From Lingula anatina (lineage: Eukaryota; Animalia; Brachiopoda), in the NCBI GenBank assembly GCA_051362555.1, contig CM120644.1, positions 18,064,534 to 18,128,533 on the forward strand: DNA of 64,000 nt. Reading direction: 5' to 3'. Position numbers and translations under genes: made by a program. Of this stretch, positions 11,616 to 23,790 are shown piece by piece (the first letter of the stretch is position 1; the number at the start of each line of letters is the position of its first letter). Under the pieces are notes generated by a model. That model had not been told where the DNA came from. It was given only the letters and a program-made list of their open reading frames with translations, and did no database searches.

Positions 11616-12918
11616 ATGACGGCAGATTTGAAAGCAAGGACGAGGATTGCATGCCAATCCTACAGATGGGTTTCTCTATAAGTTATGAAACTAATTGGAT
11701 TTTCTTAAAGGTACTGCAGGCGAATTTTACAAAAATAACGTATAAGTTTTTGTCACTGATAGTCCATAGTATGGTCAGCTGGTGACATCAAAACTTCGCT
11801 TACTATGTATTTTAGGGGTTATAGTGAAAACAACATCAAAATTCGACATCACGCGGAAACTTTTAATGGAGATTGATGATGGTGGTGATTTTTTGGTCGG
11901 GATTGAACAGAAATGTAACGATATTATCTGGAAACGAGTTTAGATACATAGAAAATAGATAGATAGATACAGGAAATAGACGGATGGATGAAGAGCAGTT
12001 ATTGTCGAACATTCAAGAAAAAAGGTTTGGCTGTGATGCTGTTTTCTGAACGTACCACCTTCAGTTTCACTAACTCTTACCACAAAGATGAAAAGGAATG
12101 GATTGATTGTTTTGGTTGAATGTTAAACCTCAGTTGTTTGCTTATAGTGTTTTAAATAATTTAGGCCTACGTCTATCTACTCTTGACACGCATCAATTCT
12201 GCAACTCACATTACACGAAAATGATGTTAGTGGGAACATGGCTGAATAATTGAACACCTAACGGTACACTGAATATGAAAAGCATAATTCATCAATGCCT
12301 TTACTATACATTTTGGTTAATTGTAAAGGCGGTAAAACATGAATCACTTTACATGTAAATATATATATAGCTTATAACTGAAGGGAAATTAGCACTTGCC
12401 ATGGAAATACAGCCTGCCTTACAGCCGGTGTACCAGTGTGTGTGTGTGTGTGTGGGGGGGGGGGGGGGAGGGGGACGCAATCAGCTCGTGAGAAGTTCTA
12501 ATGCATATCTGGTGGATGGTGACGGAGCCCTTCGAAATGATCGGAAATTACTATGGCGGACTCATCTTACACACTTCCCAAAGGGGGATAGGTATACGCT
12601 GAAGCCAAATACTAGTACTGAGGCTTAGCTGCTTTTCCTCCATGAAGTTGACAGGGGGACACCACGTTCTTCATACCCATGCTGGGGTAGCGCTAACACT
12701 CGCCAATTTAGCCATATGCTAAAACTGGCCTTAATTGGCTAAAGAAAACAGGCTTGATTTGACTTGTTTTAGTCAAATTATAACTATTTTGATAACAAAT
12801 TGACAAAAAAGTGGTGATTTGGATAAGCGAAAAAAACTGCTAGCGCACCCCAGCGTTGCCATGCCATCTTTCAGGGCTCACTCGATAAAGTATGATATAT
12901 AATAGATCCGCGGATCAA

Positions 12919-12964
<46 letters not shown>

Positions 12965-12989
12965 TTATTGAGCACAGAAATGATTTTAC

Positions 12990-14055
12990 ATTTACATTTA
13001 GATAATGTGTATAAATGCTGAATGTTTGGACCTAATAAAGGGGACTTTAGAGTTAGAACTGAAGATGTGAGTTTGTGGTAATATTCCCCTTCCCATGCAT
13101 CAGTGACAAGTGAAATATTAGAAGAACCTGGGTGGGGAGGAACATGGACCCCTACATAATGGCGAGCTCGACCAGGGTCACTGCGGGGGAGGAATATAGC
13201 TATGGATCCAACTTTGAAGATGAGTATGGGTATGAAGAGGATGACTGGAATTATGAAAAGGACTATAATATTGGCGGCAGACTTGTAGAATGCCTATCTA
13301 AGCTGGCCGACTTGTTACAGAGACAATATGGCTGTTTGGAGCAACAAAAATGACATTATTGCAGAATCTGAAATGAAACCAGAAGAAGTTAAAGAAAGAA
13401 ACCAAGAAACCAACTTCCTTGCAAGGTCAGCTAAGACTAGGATGAAATGCGTTGAAAAAATCAGACAAAGCAGGCACTTGAATGTTTTTACAGTGTACGT
13501 TATAATTGTGTGCCTGTGTTTTGTACCAAAAATAAAAACATTTCAGGTCATTTTAATGTCTTTTCATGCAAGAACGTTGTCTAACAACTGGGGTTGATAC
13601 AATGTTGTTATCTGACGTTGATCCAACTTTCAAATCCAACCTTTATCCAATGTCTTATCAACGTTATGGTTCAACGTTGTTTCAACGTTAAAACAACATA
13701 ATTTGCCAGCTGGGTTGATGTAGTTTAAAAGGCTTTAACAGATGATGTAAAGAATACTGATGAAGGACTTGATGATGATGATGATGACCCGAATGAGGAG
13801 AAACATGTTGTAGTTGAAAGGGCTGTAAGAGATTATGTAAAGAATGCTGACGAAGGACTTGAAGGTGAACCAATGGAAATTTCTAATCTTAAAGATACCA
13901 ACAGAGACAAACTAACTGAAGTAGAGATAAAACAAATTGCAAGTGAGGAGGAACCTAAAGTTGTGGAATATGAATACAAACAAGGTTCAGACACGGAAAA
14001 TGTTTGTGAAAACAAAGGAATGGACAGGTGTAAAATGGGAACTTCACAGAGATAA
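12990..14055 (+). other. Decayed coding-like relic between the duplicated units, possibly an LTR-retroelement fragment
   Basis: Broken acidic ORFs at 13132-13353, 13328-13597 and 13873-14055; preceded by aataaa...gtgaca (LTR-end-like); 90-bp internal repeat at 13717/13807. Confidence 0.35.
13570..13714. mobile_element. Partial EnSpm/CMC-like MITE end
   Basis: Arrays of caacgttg-like subterminal motifs ending in cagctggg, same style as 53361-53465. Confidence 0.5.
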
Positions 14056-15700
14056 CAAAAAGGTGAAAAGAAATATAAATATCAATTGTTATTTTTCTCC
14101 AAGGTGGTTCGTGACAGTGAGTGTTATATTTGAGAATATGAACTGGTTGTATCAACATATTCGAAATTGTCAATAATATTTGGTTGGTTTATTACTTCAA
14201 ATAAAGCAATGTTGTCTCCCCTCATCTGTTCCCGTGCGCAGTTTTATCATCAACCAGCAAAGAAATTTTAAAATAAAGAGCGTTTTCGAACACAACTGTT
14301 GCAACTCGAAAATGCTCGCTAGGCGCAACTAGCACAATTTGAACAGACAGCAATTTCTTAAAACCACAAATACCCCTCCCTCCCTCCCGTAGCATATTTG
14401 AAATGCCATGTGTTTAAAACTAAACCACACCAAAAATTAAAAAAAAAAAAAAAAAAAAACAAACAAACAAACAAACAAACAAAAAAAAAAACACGGTTGA
14501 TGGTGGGAACTTGTAATAGGACCAACAGCCTTCCTTTGACTCATTGATGCACATTATCTTTTTCTTTCTAGTGCTATTTTTCTCCTCCTTTTTTCGATCC
14601 TCATGAATCTCCATTTAAGCAAGTGAATATCATCAAATGGGCATCATATTTTATAAATGTGCCACACCCTCTTACCAAATGTTAGCCCTATAACCACTAT
14701 AATAACATATTCATAAAAGGGTTTCTTTGTGATAAAAACGTTTTAATTACACTTAACATAATTTTCAAAAAAAAAAAAAAAAAAAATGAAGCACTTACCA
14801 CCAATTGGTGTCTCTAAATCAACGAGTCCCTGTGCGAATTAACAAATTAAGAACAGAAAGACAGCAATTTAATGTTATTGTTTTTCTTTTACGTCAAGTC
14901 CGTGTTTGATACAACTGCCAGGTCAAGCTGACGGGGACGCTTTTCAGGCACTTCACCTGTCAGGCGGGCAAGCCGTAAACTCAATTTTTCTCCACTCTAC
15001 AGTTTTAATTTTAATTTAAGTATTCCAAACACTGCGTGTGTTAAGGTTGTCAGTGCACTGCACATACGTTTTCGTAACATTCTGATTTCAAAAACCAATA
15101 CCTTTTCAATTTTATTATAAAAAATATATACATGTATATTATAATACATGTGTACAGATGCAGGGTCTATGTATGTTCTGCAATTTGTCGGGAAAATCTG
15201 CTGTATCACTGTATAATTGCCAAACTCTAATTTGACCTTCTTTAAGATATTCTTAGTGAAGATATTGTTTATTGGAATGTGTCTGTTCATGTTAAAATGG
15301 AGGATTGTTTATGGCATGTTTCCGTTACACGTCTGTATAATAAGTCGGTTTGCTATTTTTCATTCATCTCTAGTTTTTCACAGTTTTCAAATTTTATGTT
15401 TTTCTTTCGAATTTAAGTATTTAGTAGATTTTTAAAAATCTAGATTTTTAAATATCAACGTTTTTTTAAATATGGGCCACTATGATATAACGTTTTCATA
15501 TCGCACATGAGGACGAAAGTTACTTTCTGGAGCCTGTGATATGATTTAAATCTTTTTTCGTTATTTTTTGAGCACTTTGATCACTTAAGGGATTAACGAG
15601 AGAAGCGGAGATGTACCATGCAATAAAATGATTCACGAACTACCCTCACACATTCACCCAGAAATCAACAGCATTGTGGTTATTATTTATCCAGAGTTAG

Positions 15701-15974
15701 CAGAGGCGGATACAGGATTATTTGAAGGGGGGGGGGGGGGGTCCGCGGATGAGAAGCCGACCCCCCCTTGTCGTGGGGCTCGGTGCCCTCTGAAAGGCCG
15801 CAAAAAATTGGTATTTTAAAGGGCGGACAGTTCCATTTGGTATATACTGTTAAGAACTACAATTCAGCTACTCAAAATTCTAATTTGAAGAGGGGACCTT
15901 TGGTGTGATTTTTTTCATAAATCGAGGAGGGGGGGGGGCAGGACCCCCTTGACACCCCCCTAGATTCGCCACTG
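15701..15974. mobile_element. hAT-like MITE, family C
   Basis: Termini cagaggcggat ... attcgccactg; not seen in unit 1; second copy at 23521-23790. No clean 8-bp TSD seen. Confidence 0.65.
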
Positions 15975-16413
15975 GTTAATAACACTGAGTAGGCTTCGCA
16001 AGTCATGTGAGTAACATCATGAAGATATTCGGTGGTTGTGCATTTATGGTATGAAAAAAAGATAAAAGAAAATATTGCAAAAACAAACGAAACGAGACTG
16101 TTTCATATAAATGTTATGATCTAACATCTTATTTTCAATAGACTACATGCATTCATTCATTACACAAATGTCCTTTGAAAGGACATCATTTCAACTGAAT
16201 AATCATACAAATATAAGTATCTATAGTAAGTGATTACGTAAATTTTTGTAGAGGACATATCCCGGTAGTTTTAAGATCACTGGAAAATATGCTAGGGCGA
16301 AATGGCAAACTCTGCAAAATTACTTTTAAAGAGTTTGTACTTATTAAACAGACAATTACATGACTCCTATTTGCTCATTTCACAAAGTTGAATGTATTCG
16401 TTAAATAGTTCTG

Positions 16414-17631
16414 TTATTTGTCTGTATTGCCTTCAGGCAAAGTAATGTCCCCGATACTCGAGCCACAGTGAGACGGCTGAGTGGAAATAACAGACGCTAA
16501 AGTAAAACTGGTACCTTGATTTTCGTCAGTGGACTTCGAAGATGGACCCGCCAGAGGGCTGTTTTGACGTGTTTTCCCCTCTTCGCCAGGAGCGTTTCTG
16601 CTGCAGCAGAAAATGGCACCAAACTCACGTCGGAGCATCCCAGAACCGATGACATAAACAAAAAAGTTGCACGTGTGATCGACGCCGCTGACCAATTTAA
16701 ATGCATTTGCCAAAACCATATGCAGCGCGCTGATTTCCTCTGACGACAGGTAGTGCATCACAAACTCCGTGACCAAATAAGGCGTTTCCAAGACGACGAA
16801 CAGCGTCCCGTTAACGACCAAGGTCACAGTCAGTGCCGTCTCCTGCTGGGACAAATGAAGACCGCTGCGGCACCTCTGGCTCCGCTCCTTCAAACCCATC
16901 TTTTTCATCGCTGACCAGTGGGCACGCAGCTTGACCACCGTGATACAGTTGATGACGATGACCAAAAACACCGGAGGCGTTTCTATCAGTATACGCACAA
17001 GGTTCTGATACAGCGGCCCTATGGTATCGGTTTGCAATGTCCAGCAAATCCACGTAGTGTTGTCCAACGGGATTTGATGGTCAAAAACAAAGCGGGCAAT
17101 ATTGGGTAACGCGGACCAACACACAAACACGACAACGACGATCCTTGCAAGTTTTACCGTCAAAAGCGTTTTGGCTTTGAAAGGAAAAACCACCCTTGTC
17201 ATTCTTTCCAGTGAGATACAGAAAATAGTCCAGTGAGCGAGTCCAGTTGCAAAATGCCCGAGGAAATTGGTAATGGTGCAGTAGATGTCTCCCCAAGACA
17301 TTGGGATCATATCTGCCCATTCCAAATGCCAACGTAATATATCCAAGCAAAAAATAAAATCTGCAATGGCCAGTGCGGACAGGTAGACGGAGACTGTAAG
17401 CTTCCTGACCTCTTTTCTCAGAGTGACCAGGAGAAGGATTAATAAATTGCAGCACAAACCGATGACGGACACTGGGAGCATACCCAAACGCGCCCCAGCA
17501 ATTAATACCTCTGTGGTCGTCAGAACTGTTCCATTGTTTGCCGAGCCTTGGCCATTCACGGGGATGGAAATGTCTGTGGAATCATTCCGTGCATCATTAC
17601 TGGTCATGAGGGTGACATTCTCTAGAGTCAT
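16414..17631 (-). CDS. Intronless class A GPCR, FMRFamide-receptor-like/srw-like orphan receptor, copy 2 (405 aa)
   Basis: Same motifs as copy 1; near-identical protein with an 8-aa N-terminal and a 1-aa C-terminal insertion. Confidence 0.93.
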   Translation of the reverse strand: MTLENVTLMTSNDARNDSTDISIPVNGQGSANNGTVLTTTEVLIAGARLGMLPVSVIGLCCNLLILLLVTLRKEVRKLTVSVYLSALAIADFIFCLDILRWHLEWADMIPMSWGDIYCTITNFLGHFATGLAHWTIFCISLERMTRVVFPFKAKTLLTVKLARIVVVVFVCWSALPNIARFVFDHQIPLDNTTWICWTLQTDTIGPLYQNLVRILIETPPVFLVIVINCITVVKLRAHWSAMKKMGLKERSQRCRSGLHLSQQETALTVTLVVNGTLFVVLETPYLVTEFVMHYLSSEEISALHMVLANAFKLVSGVDHTCNFFVYVIGSGMLRREFGAIFCCSRNAPGEEGKTRQNSPLAGPSSKSTDENQGTSFTLASVISTQPSHCGSSIGDITLPEGNTDK

Positions 17632-17944
17632 ATTTTCGAGTTTTTTTTAATTGTTATTTTGTTTGATCGTCAATTCCGTGTCTGGCACACAGCCTTCTCG
17701 TGCAAGGGGTCTTCAAGCTTCTTGCTCTTCGTCGTTTTTCTAAATTGCATATGAGTTATGACAAAGCACAATATTTAAGCTCAATTTCATTCCGTCTGGG
17801 GATGAGCCGGCAAAAGTTTTCTGTATTCAGTACTGTATGTTAGTATACAGTAAAATCATTATGTCAATGTCTATCGGTCTGCCATGCGTTCTCTTTCATT
17901 GTCAACGAGCGGCGTGTGTTTCAGGAAAAAAAGCCGAAGTGATA

Positions 17945-17952
17945 TTTATATA
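17945..17952 (-). promoter_or_regulatory. Candidate TATA box of GPCR copy 2
   Basis: TATATAAA on the minus strand, paralogous to 11608-11615. Confidence 0.45.
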
Positions 17953-19036
17953 ATGACGGCAGATTTGAAAGCAAGGACGAGGATTGCATGGTAATTCTAC
18001 AGATGGATTTCCGTATAAGTTATGAAACTAATTGGATTTTTTTAAGGTACTGCAGGCGAATTTTACAAAAACAACGCAAGTTTTTGTCACTGATAGCCCA
18101 TTGTATGGCCTGCTGGTGACATCAAACCTTCGCTTACTAAGTATTAAAGGGGTTACAGTGCAAACAACATCGAAATTCAACATCACGCGAGAATTTATAA
18201 TGGAGATTGATGATGGTGGTGATTTTTTTGGTCTGGATTGAACAGAACTGTAAAGATATTATCTGGAAAACGAGTTTCGATACATAGAAAATAGGAAATA
18301 GACGGATGGATGAAGAATAGTTATTGCGTACCAAGGAAAAAATAAAAAAGGGTGGCTGTGATGCTGTTTTCTGAAAAATACATTTGCATGTTGCGTAATC
18401 CCCTCAGGGAATCTATTCAGTACTAAACGGCAAGCCACCTTCAGCTTCACTAACTCTTACCACAATGATGAAAATGAATGGATCGATTGTTTTGGTTGGG
18501 TGTTAAACCTCAGTTGTTTGCTTATAGTGTTTTAAATAATTTAGGCCTACGTCTATCTTAGGTTGACACGCATCAATTCTACAACTCACATTACACGAAA
18601 ATGATGTTAGTGGGAACATGGCTGAATAATTGAACAGGCACCGGTACACTGATTATGAAGAGCATAATTCATCAATGCTTGTACTTAATTGTAAATGCGG
18701 TAATATCACTACAAATAAATCTCAAGCTTTTAAGTGAAAACATGCAAATGTAGCCTGCTTTAAAGAGTGATGATGGAGAAACGCAATCAACCAGTAAAAA
18801 GTTCTAATGCAGATCTGGTGGATGGTGACGGAGCCCTTCGAAATGATCGGAAATCAATATGGCAGACTCAGTCTTAATCGCTTTTCAAAGGGAAGAATAG
18901 GCATACGCTGATGCCAAATACTAGATCTGAGACCGAGTTGGTTTTTCCTTCGTGAAGTTGACATGGGCACAACACGTTGTTGATACCCATGGCAACATCA
19001 ATCTGTCAGGGGTCACTTGATAAAGTATGCTCTATA

Positions 19037-19223
19037 AAAGCGCATTCACAACAGCAGACGAACAGATCCGCGGATCAAATATGGCTGACCCACTTAAATG
19101 CTTGTTGCGTAATCCCCGCAGGCAATCTATTCAGTATTTAATCGGGAATTAAACGGCAAGCTTTTTAGATGGTCGCCATATTTGATCCGCGGATCTGTTG
19201 GTCCGCTATTCTGAATACGTTCT
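19037..19223. mobile_element. Palindromic MITE, family A variant
   Basis: Inverted arms aacagatccgcggatcaaatatggc / gccatatttgatccgcggatctgtt. Confidence 0.8.
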
Positions 19224-19339
19224 AAAATCCATTCATCTGCATAGAAAGCGCTGTTGCCTTAGTAGGTGGCCATTATGTGTACTTCAGTCAATAATACCAA
19301 TTAATAACATACCATTGATATCCTTCATCAAGTATCTTT

Positions 19340-19516
19340 GGCCCCATTGAGAATAGGGGACTAACTAGTCCGAGGGTCAAATATGGCCGACCCACTTGAA
19401 TACTTCCCCACGGGATATCTATTCAGTGTCTATTAGCGGATTGGACAGCAAGCTTTGTTGTGGGACGCCATAATTGACCCTCGGACTAGATAGTCCGCTG
19501 TTCTGAATGGGGTCTT
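19340..19516. mobile_element. Palindromic MITE, family A, inverted relative to 2249-2425
   Basis: actagtccgagggtcaaatatggccgacccacttgaatacttccccacg is the reverse complement of about 2352-2400. Confidence 0.82.
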
Positions 19517-19782
19517 AACAGGTGGTACTTAGCTAATCTCCGGAAGGCGAAGGCGCCTCTCTACCCGAGGCAATAACCATAATTGATCTGATTACTTTAC
19601 TTAGTTTGTTGTTATAGATAGTGGAATATCCATCTTATCTTTCTGTCAATAAATACGCAGCAAACCGCAAACACACCTTGCGGAAGTGTCATTTTTTCAG
19701 TCTAGCTGATGATCATGAATATGCTACTGGTATTGGTATCAACCCAAATTGTATCTTTGTTATTATATATGGGGTTGCAGAA

Positions 19783-19935
19783 AAACAAACAAACAAACAA
19801 ACAAACAAACAAACAAACAAACAAACAAACGAACGAACAAATGAACAAACAAACAAACTGTGCACTCACTATTTTGCACTTTTAAGAGTAAAACAACTAA
19901 TAATAAATAAATAAATAAATAAATAAATAAACAAA

Positions 19936-19974
<39 letters not shown>

Positions 19975-19975
19975 A
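19783..19975. repeat. (AAAC)n and (AAAT)n microsatellites
   Basis: Directly visible. Confidence 0.92.
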
Positions 19976-21114
19976 AATTGAAAACAAGAAAGGTTTAGAA
20001 GAAAACGTGACAAAATAAATGTGACAAGATAGCTATCTTGTCACAGCAACGCGATTTTACTCATCAGAACATGGAATGGCCTTAAGGCAATTCAGTTTCA
20101 TAATCAAATACATACCTTGGGATATTACATAGCCGTGGCGATATGCAGATCACTGATTTTTCCCATTTAGACAAGCTTCAGTGAAGATGGAGCGCAGCCT
20201 AGAGCCGCTACCAAGAAATATTTCGCTTCACTCGACATTTCTGTGTAGGTCCCTTGGAAAGAACGGATATCAGACCGCTGTTATGTATTATACCTCGATA
20301 AATTTGAAATCTCTCACCCTCCTGAAATTAATTTAAAATAAACTTTTTACGGTCAACAATTATTATTTATCTTTTTTTACACTGAGTCATATCATAGAGT
20401 ATTTTACTCCTTAGATGAATTGGGCATGGTTTGAAAAAAATGGAATTATTTGTCATTTAAGTCACATATATGCGTGCACAAATGTTTGTAAATCTATACC
20501 TTTTTTTAACGTAGATTGTGTTATTTACATGTACCTTTTGTCTGTCGGCTATCCATTCTTCCTCTTTATCAGAAATATCGTTGAAAATCAAACCTATATA
20601 TTCCAAAATCGCCTCGTTAACAGACATATTACTGAAAAGTAGAATTATTACTCCTGTGGACTTGCAATTAACATCAGTCCTGCTTTGACTATATTCCGAA
20701 ACCACCTCGTCGTCAGAAATATAAGTTAAAAGTTAATTTATTTGTCCTGTGAGCTTGTAAAAATTAATATGACTATATTCCTGTCCGATGCTCCTTCATC
20801 AAAAACGTCACTGGAAAGTAGATGTTTTGCCTTAGGACCTTTGTTCAACTGCAATCCCAGCTACAGGTAGTTGCGGCTCAGCCCAGATTCACATGGTCAG
20901 TGTCTACGATTGATTGAACATTAATAAACACTACTCAAGCGGCTTGACCTTCAATACCAAGTAATCAGCAAAAATTGACCAAATTGGCCAGACGTTACGT
21001 ATAAATTTCGCGGGAGATGAGTTTATTACATAAAGCATCTCTAGGGCGTGATATAAGTTCATTTTCATTCGGTTTAAGTGTTGTTTTAGTTTGAAATGTC
21101 AGTATTTTTTCTCG

Positions 21115-21235
21115 GTATGTATGTCAAATAATACACTGTCTCCCTCTCGCGATATATGCCATGAACACATCTCACTGACACTCGAGGTGTTATGGCATAT
21201 TTCGCTCGGGTGACAGTGTTTTATCTCACACATAA
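21115..21235. repeat. Imperfect palindrome, probable MITE core
   Basis: acactgtctccc...gcgatatatgccat / atggcatatttcgc..gggtgacagtgt. Confidence 0.6.
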
Positions 21236-22746
21236 CAGGAAATAAAGTTATTTTTATTCTTAACCTTTGGAGAACATCCCTGGCAGCAACATAGGGACCA
21301 TTCCCATAGACACATCGGCCTACGTGGATCGGCCCAACTCTGTTGGGACTCTCGCTAAGTCCAATCAGCTTAACAGATCAAGGACTTACAGGACAATAAT
21401 GTCCTTGAACAGATTAACATGTCTTCTCCTGACATTAAGTAGAATACAGAAAAAGCTGGCAATTATATTAACACGGTGGAAATAAGAGGAGGTGTGGCGT
21501 TCAGTTAAGCAGATTGCACTTAGCAGAAGACCCCGCGGAGTTGGGTCGATACACTTAGACCGATGATGTGCCTAAAGGAATGGGGTCACATGCAATAATG
21601 AAATCGAGTTCTCGACTGAAGCGAATTTTAATTTGAAAAAAAAAAAAAATTAAAATGTGAAAGGATAATAACAGCCAGGTTTTAAACAGTGAATCTAATT
21701 GAAACTACTGGGATACTCTGCAATTGATATGATACACATTTCACTCATTAACAAAAAGAAACAAAAAACTAGAAAATCGATAAGGAATACTGGAGTAATG
21801 GTCAAATGTATTTCACCCAGCTTTATTCATATCCTTTACCCCAACTAAAATTTGATCTTCAGGTCACCACAAGTTGTTCATTTTTCACCCCAGGAACATA
21901 CAAAAGCGGCATGTTTTTCAATTGTTAAGTGATGTTTTCATGGCAAAAAGTTTAAATTCTAGTTAAGCTTAATATCCGTGCACGCGTTTTACACACCGCC
22001 CCGCCGCGAGGTGTTTGGCTTACCCCGTGTGAGAACCTCACAAAATCCAGTTTGCCATTCTATGCCAGGGGATCAGTTTCCAATTTAACACGTGTGTTTT
22101 ACAGTAACAATTGTTTCAGTTCATTCACAAAAAAGTGCCCTTAGCTGTGTTTTGTTACGGACAATGAGAAAACAATGCGTAAAAAATGAACAGTTTGGGT
22201 CTGTTTATGTAGATTTCGGAGTGAAAATCAACCACTTCCCTTATGAACATCGGCCCGCAATGTAAAACAAGTGGGAGACACCTGTAAGCTCAATGGTTAA
22301 CATTCCTGAACAGCAATAGCAAACAGCAAGGGGGCTAGCGAAAGGCCAAAATCCCCCTTTTTTACAACATTTAGTTATTTTAAAATTACCAAAGTGTTAG
22401 GAGAAGTTACGAAGAGTTTGACCTTAAAAGAGGAAGTTATCACTACACTTTGTTGCTGTAACTATGTCTATGCTAGGAAATGGGTTTGAACACGTGGCGT
22501 TTCAGAAATTATGATTTGAATTCACTTTATGAAACAAAGAATCCCCGTGCGCGGGCTCTCTCCTACAATTCCCAAACCCCGTGTTGTTGGTCAAATAATA
22601 AATTCTCGATCAACAAACCGTTAATCTTTATAGCTATCAAAATCAGATCTGAATTATACTACACCATACATCTACATTGTACTTGTATTGTAAAGAAAAA
22701 CTAACAAAAGTCACTGAAATGTAAGATATCGGACTGAAATAAATAA

Positions 22747-22752
22747 TTTATT
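22747..22752 (-). terminator. Candidate poly(A) signal of the class B GPCR (3' UTR ~1.7 kb)
   Basis: AATAAA on the minus strand followed by a T/GT-rich tract; positional inference only. Confidence 0.3.
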
Positions 22753-23520
22753 CTAAACACAGTTTTGACGAGCAGTAATACTTACAAAGAAAAAAAAGAA
22801 GTTGATTTAGAGTATTATAGACAAATAAATATATGATACGATGTAATGTATAAAATGTTCAGGTATATGGCACTTTGTTACGTTGGGCAATGGTCCAAGC
22901 TTCCTCTTAAACCATGGAACTATATACAATTGTTCATCTTAACACAATTTTTCCCAGTATAATATGATCCCATAGGACTCTAATATCTTAGTTATCAAAA
23001 TACGAACATACGTTTTGTATATCACGTTCGAAGCAATAGAAATACACGGAGAAATTGATAGTTCAAATGTTAAGAATGCGTGTAAATGCAGTAGTTGACA
23101 ATCTATTTTACACTCAATCTGGGACTCATAAGTGAAAGTTGTTTATGCCACAATGCAATGGGTATCATAAAAATGTAAATGATATATGGCACACTTCAGA
23201 AAACATTGTACAGCAATACATCGCCGCGTGTAATACCATGTAATACACAATAACCATTTTCTTCATGTCTCCGGCAGTAGAGAAGGACACTAATACTGAT
23301 CATCTAATAAAACCCCGGTAAAATACTTCTATAGTAATTTCAACCCAATTGATTTTCGCTTATTTCTCTGTCTAGCCATAACAGTATTGGTATTTCTTAA
23401 TCTTCATTTAGGTGTCAAGTCGCACTCACTTGCCATTCAATTTGGCGCGTTACCAAATTTAAAAGAATCACAGCAGCCAGCCAGTCCAGTACTAATAAAT
23501 TTCAGAGATCTGGCTAAGTG

Positions 23521-23790
23521 CAGAGGCGGATCGAGGATTATTTGAAGGGGGGTCTAGTTTTTTTCGTGGAAATGAAAGGCCGCGGATGCGCAGCCGACCC
23601 TCCCCCATCCCCCCCTTGGCGAAGCGTCGGGGCCCGCTAGGGGCCCCAAAAGTTTTGGTATTTTAGAGGGCGAACGGTGCCTTTTGGTACGGTTTAGAAC
23701 TATAATTCAGCTAATCAAAAATCTACTTTCAAGAGGGCACCATTGGTGGGATTTTTTTCAGAAATCGAAGGAGGGATCAGTACCCCTCTG
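23521..23790. mobile_element. hAT-like MITE, family C, copy 2 (right end eroded)
   Basis: Similar to 15701-15974 (cagaggcggat..ggattatttgaaggggg; ggtatttta.agggcg; aattcagcta.tcaaaa). Confidence 0.65.

Larger units (their letters stand above)
8310..12922. repeat. Segmental tandem duplication, unit 1, containing GPCR copy 1
   Basis: Colinear similarity to 14103-19082, from cagtgagtgttatatttgagaa through gatccgcggatcaaatat; boundaries approximate. Confidence 0.88.
14103..19082. repeat. Segmental tandem duplication, unit 2, containing GPCR copy 2
   Basis: Colinear with 8310-12922, with copy-specific insertions such as 15701-15974. Confidence 0.88.

Noticed and set aside
14103-19082. Duplication as an uncollapsed-haplotype assembly artefact
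   Set aside because: Flanks differ by many substitutions, indels and copy-specific MITEs, and a unique spacer separates the units; long reads would settle it definitively
21490-21565. tRNA-like A/B-box sequence (similar hint near 25950-25992)
   Set aside because: No cloverleaf can be built; at most decayed SINE heads
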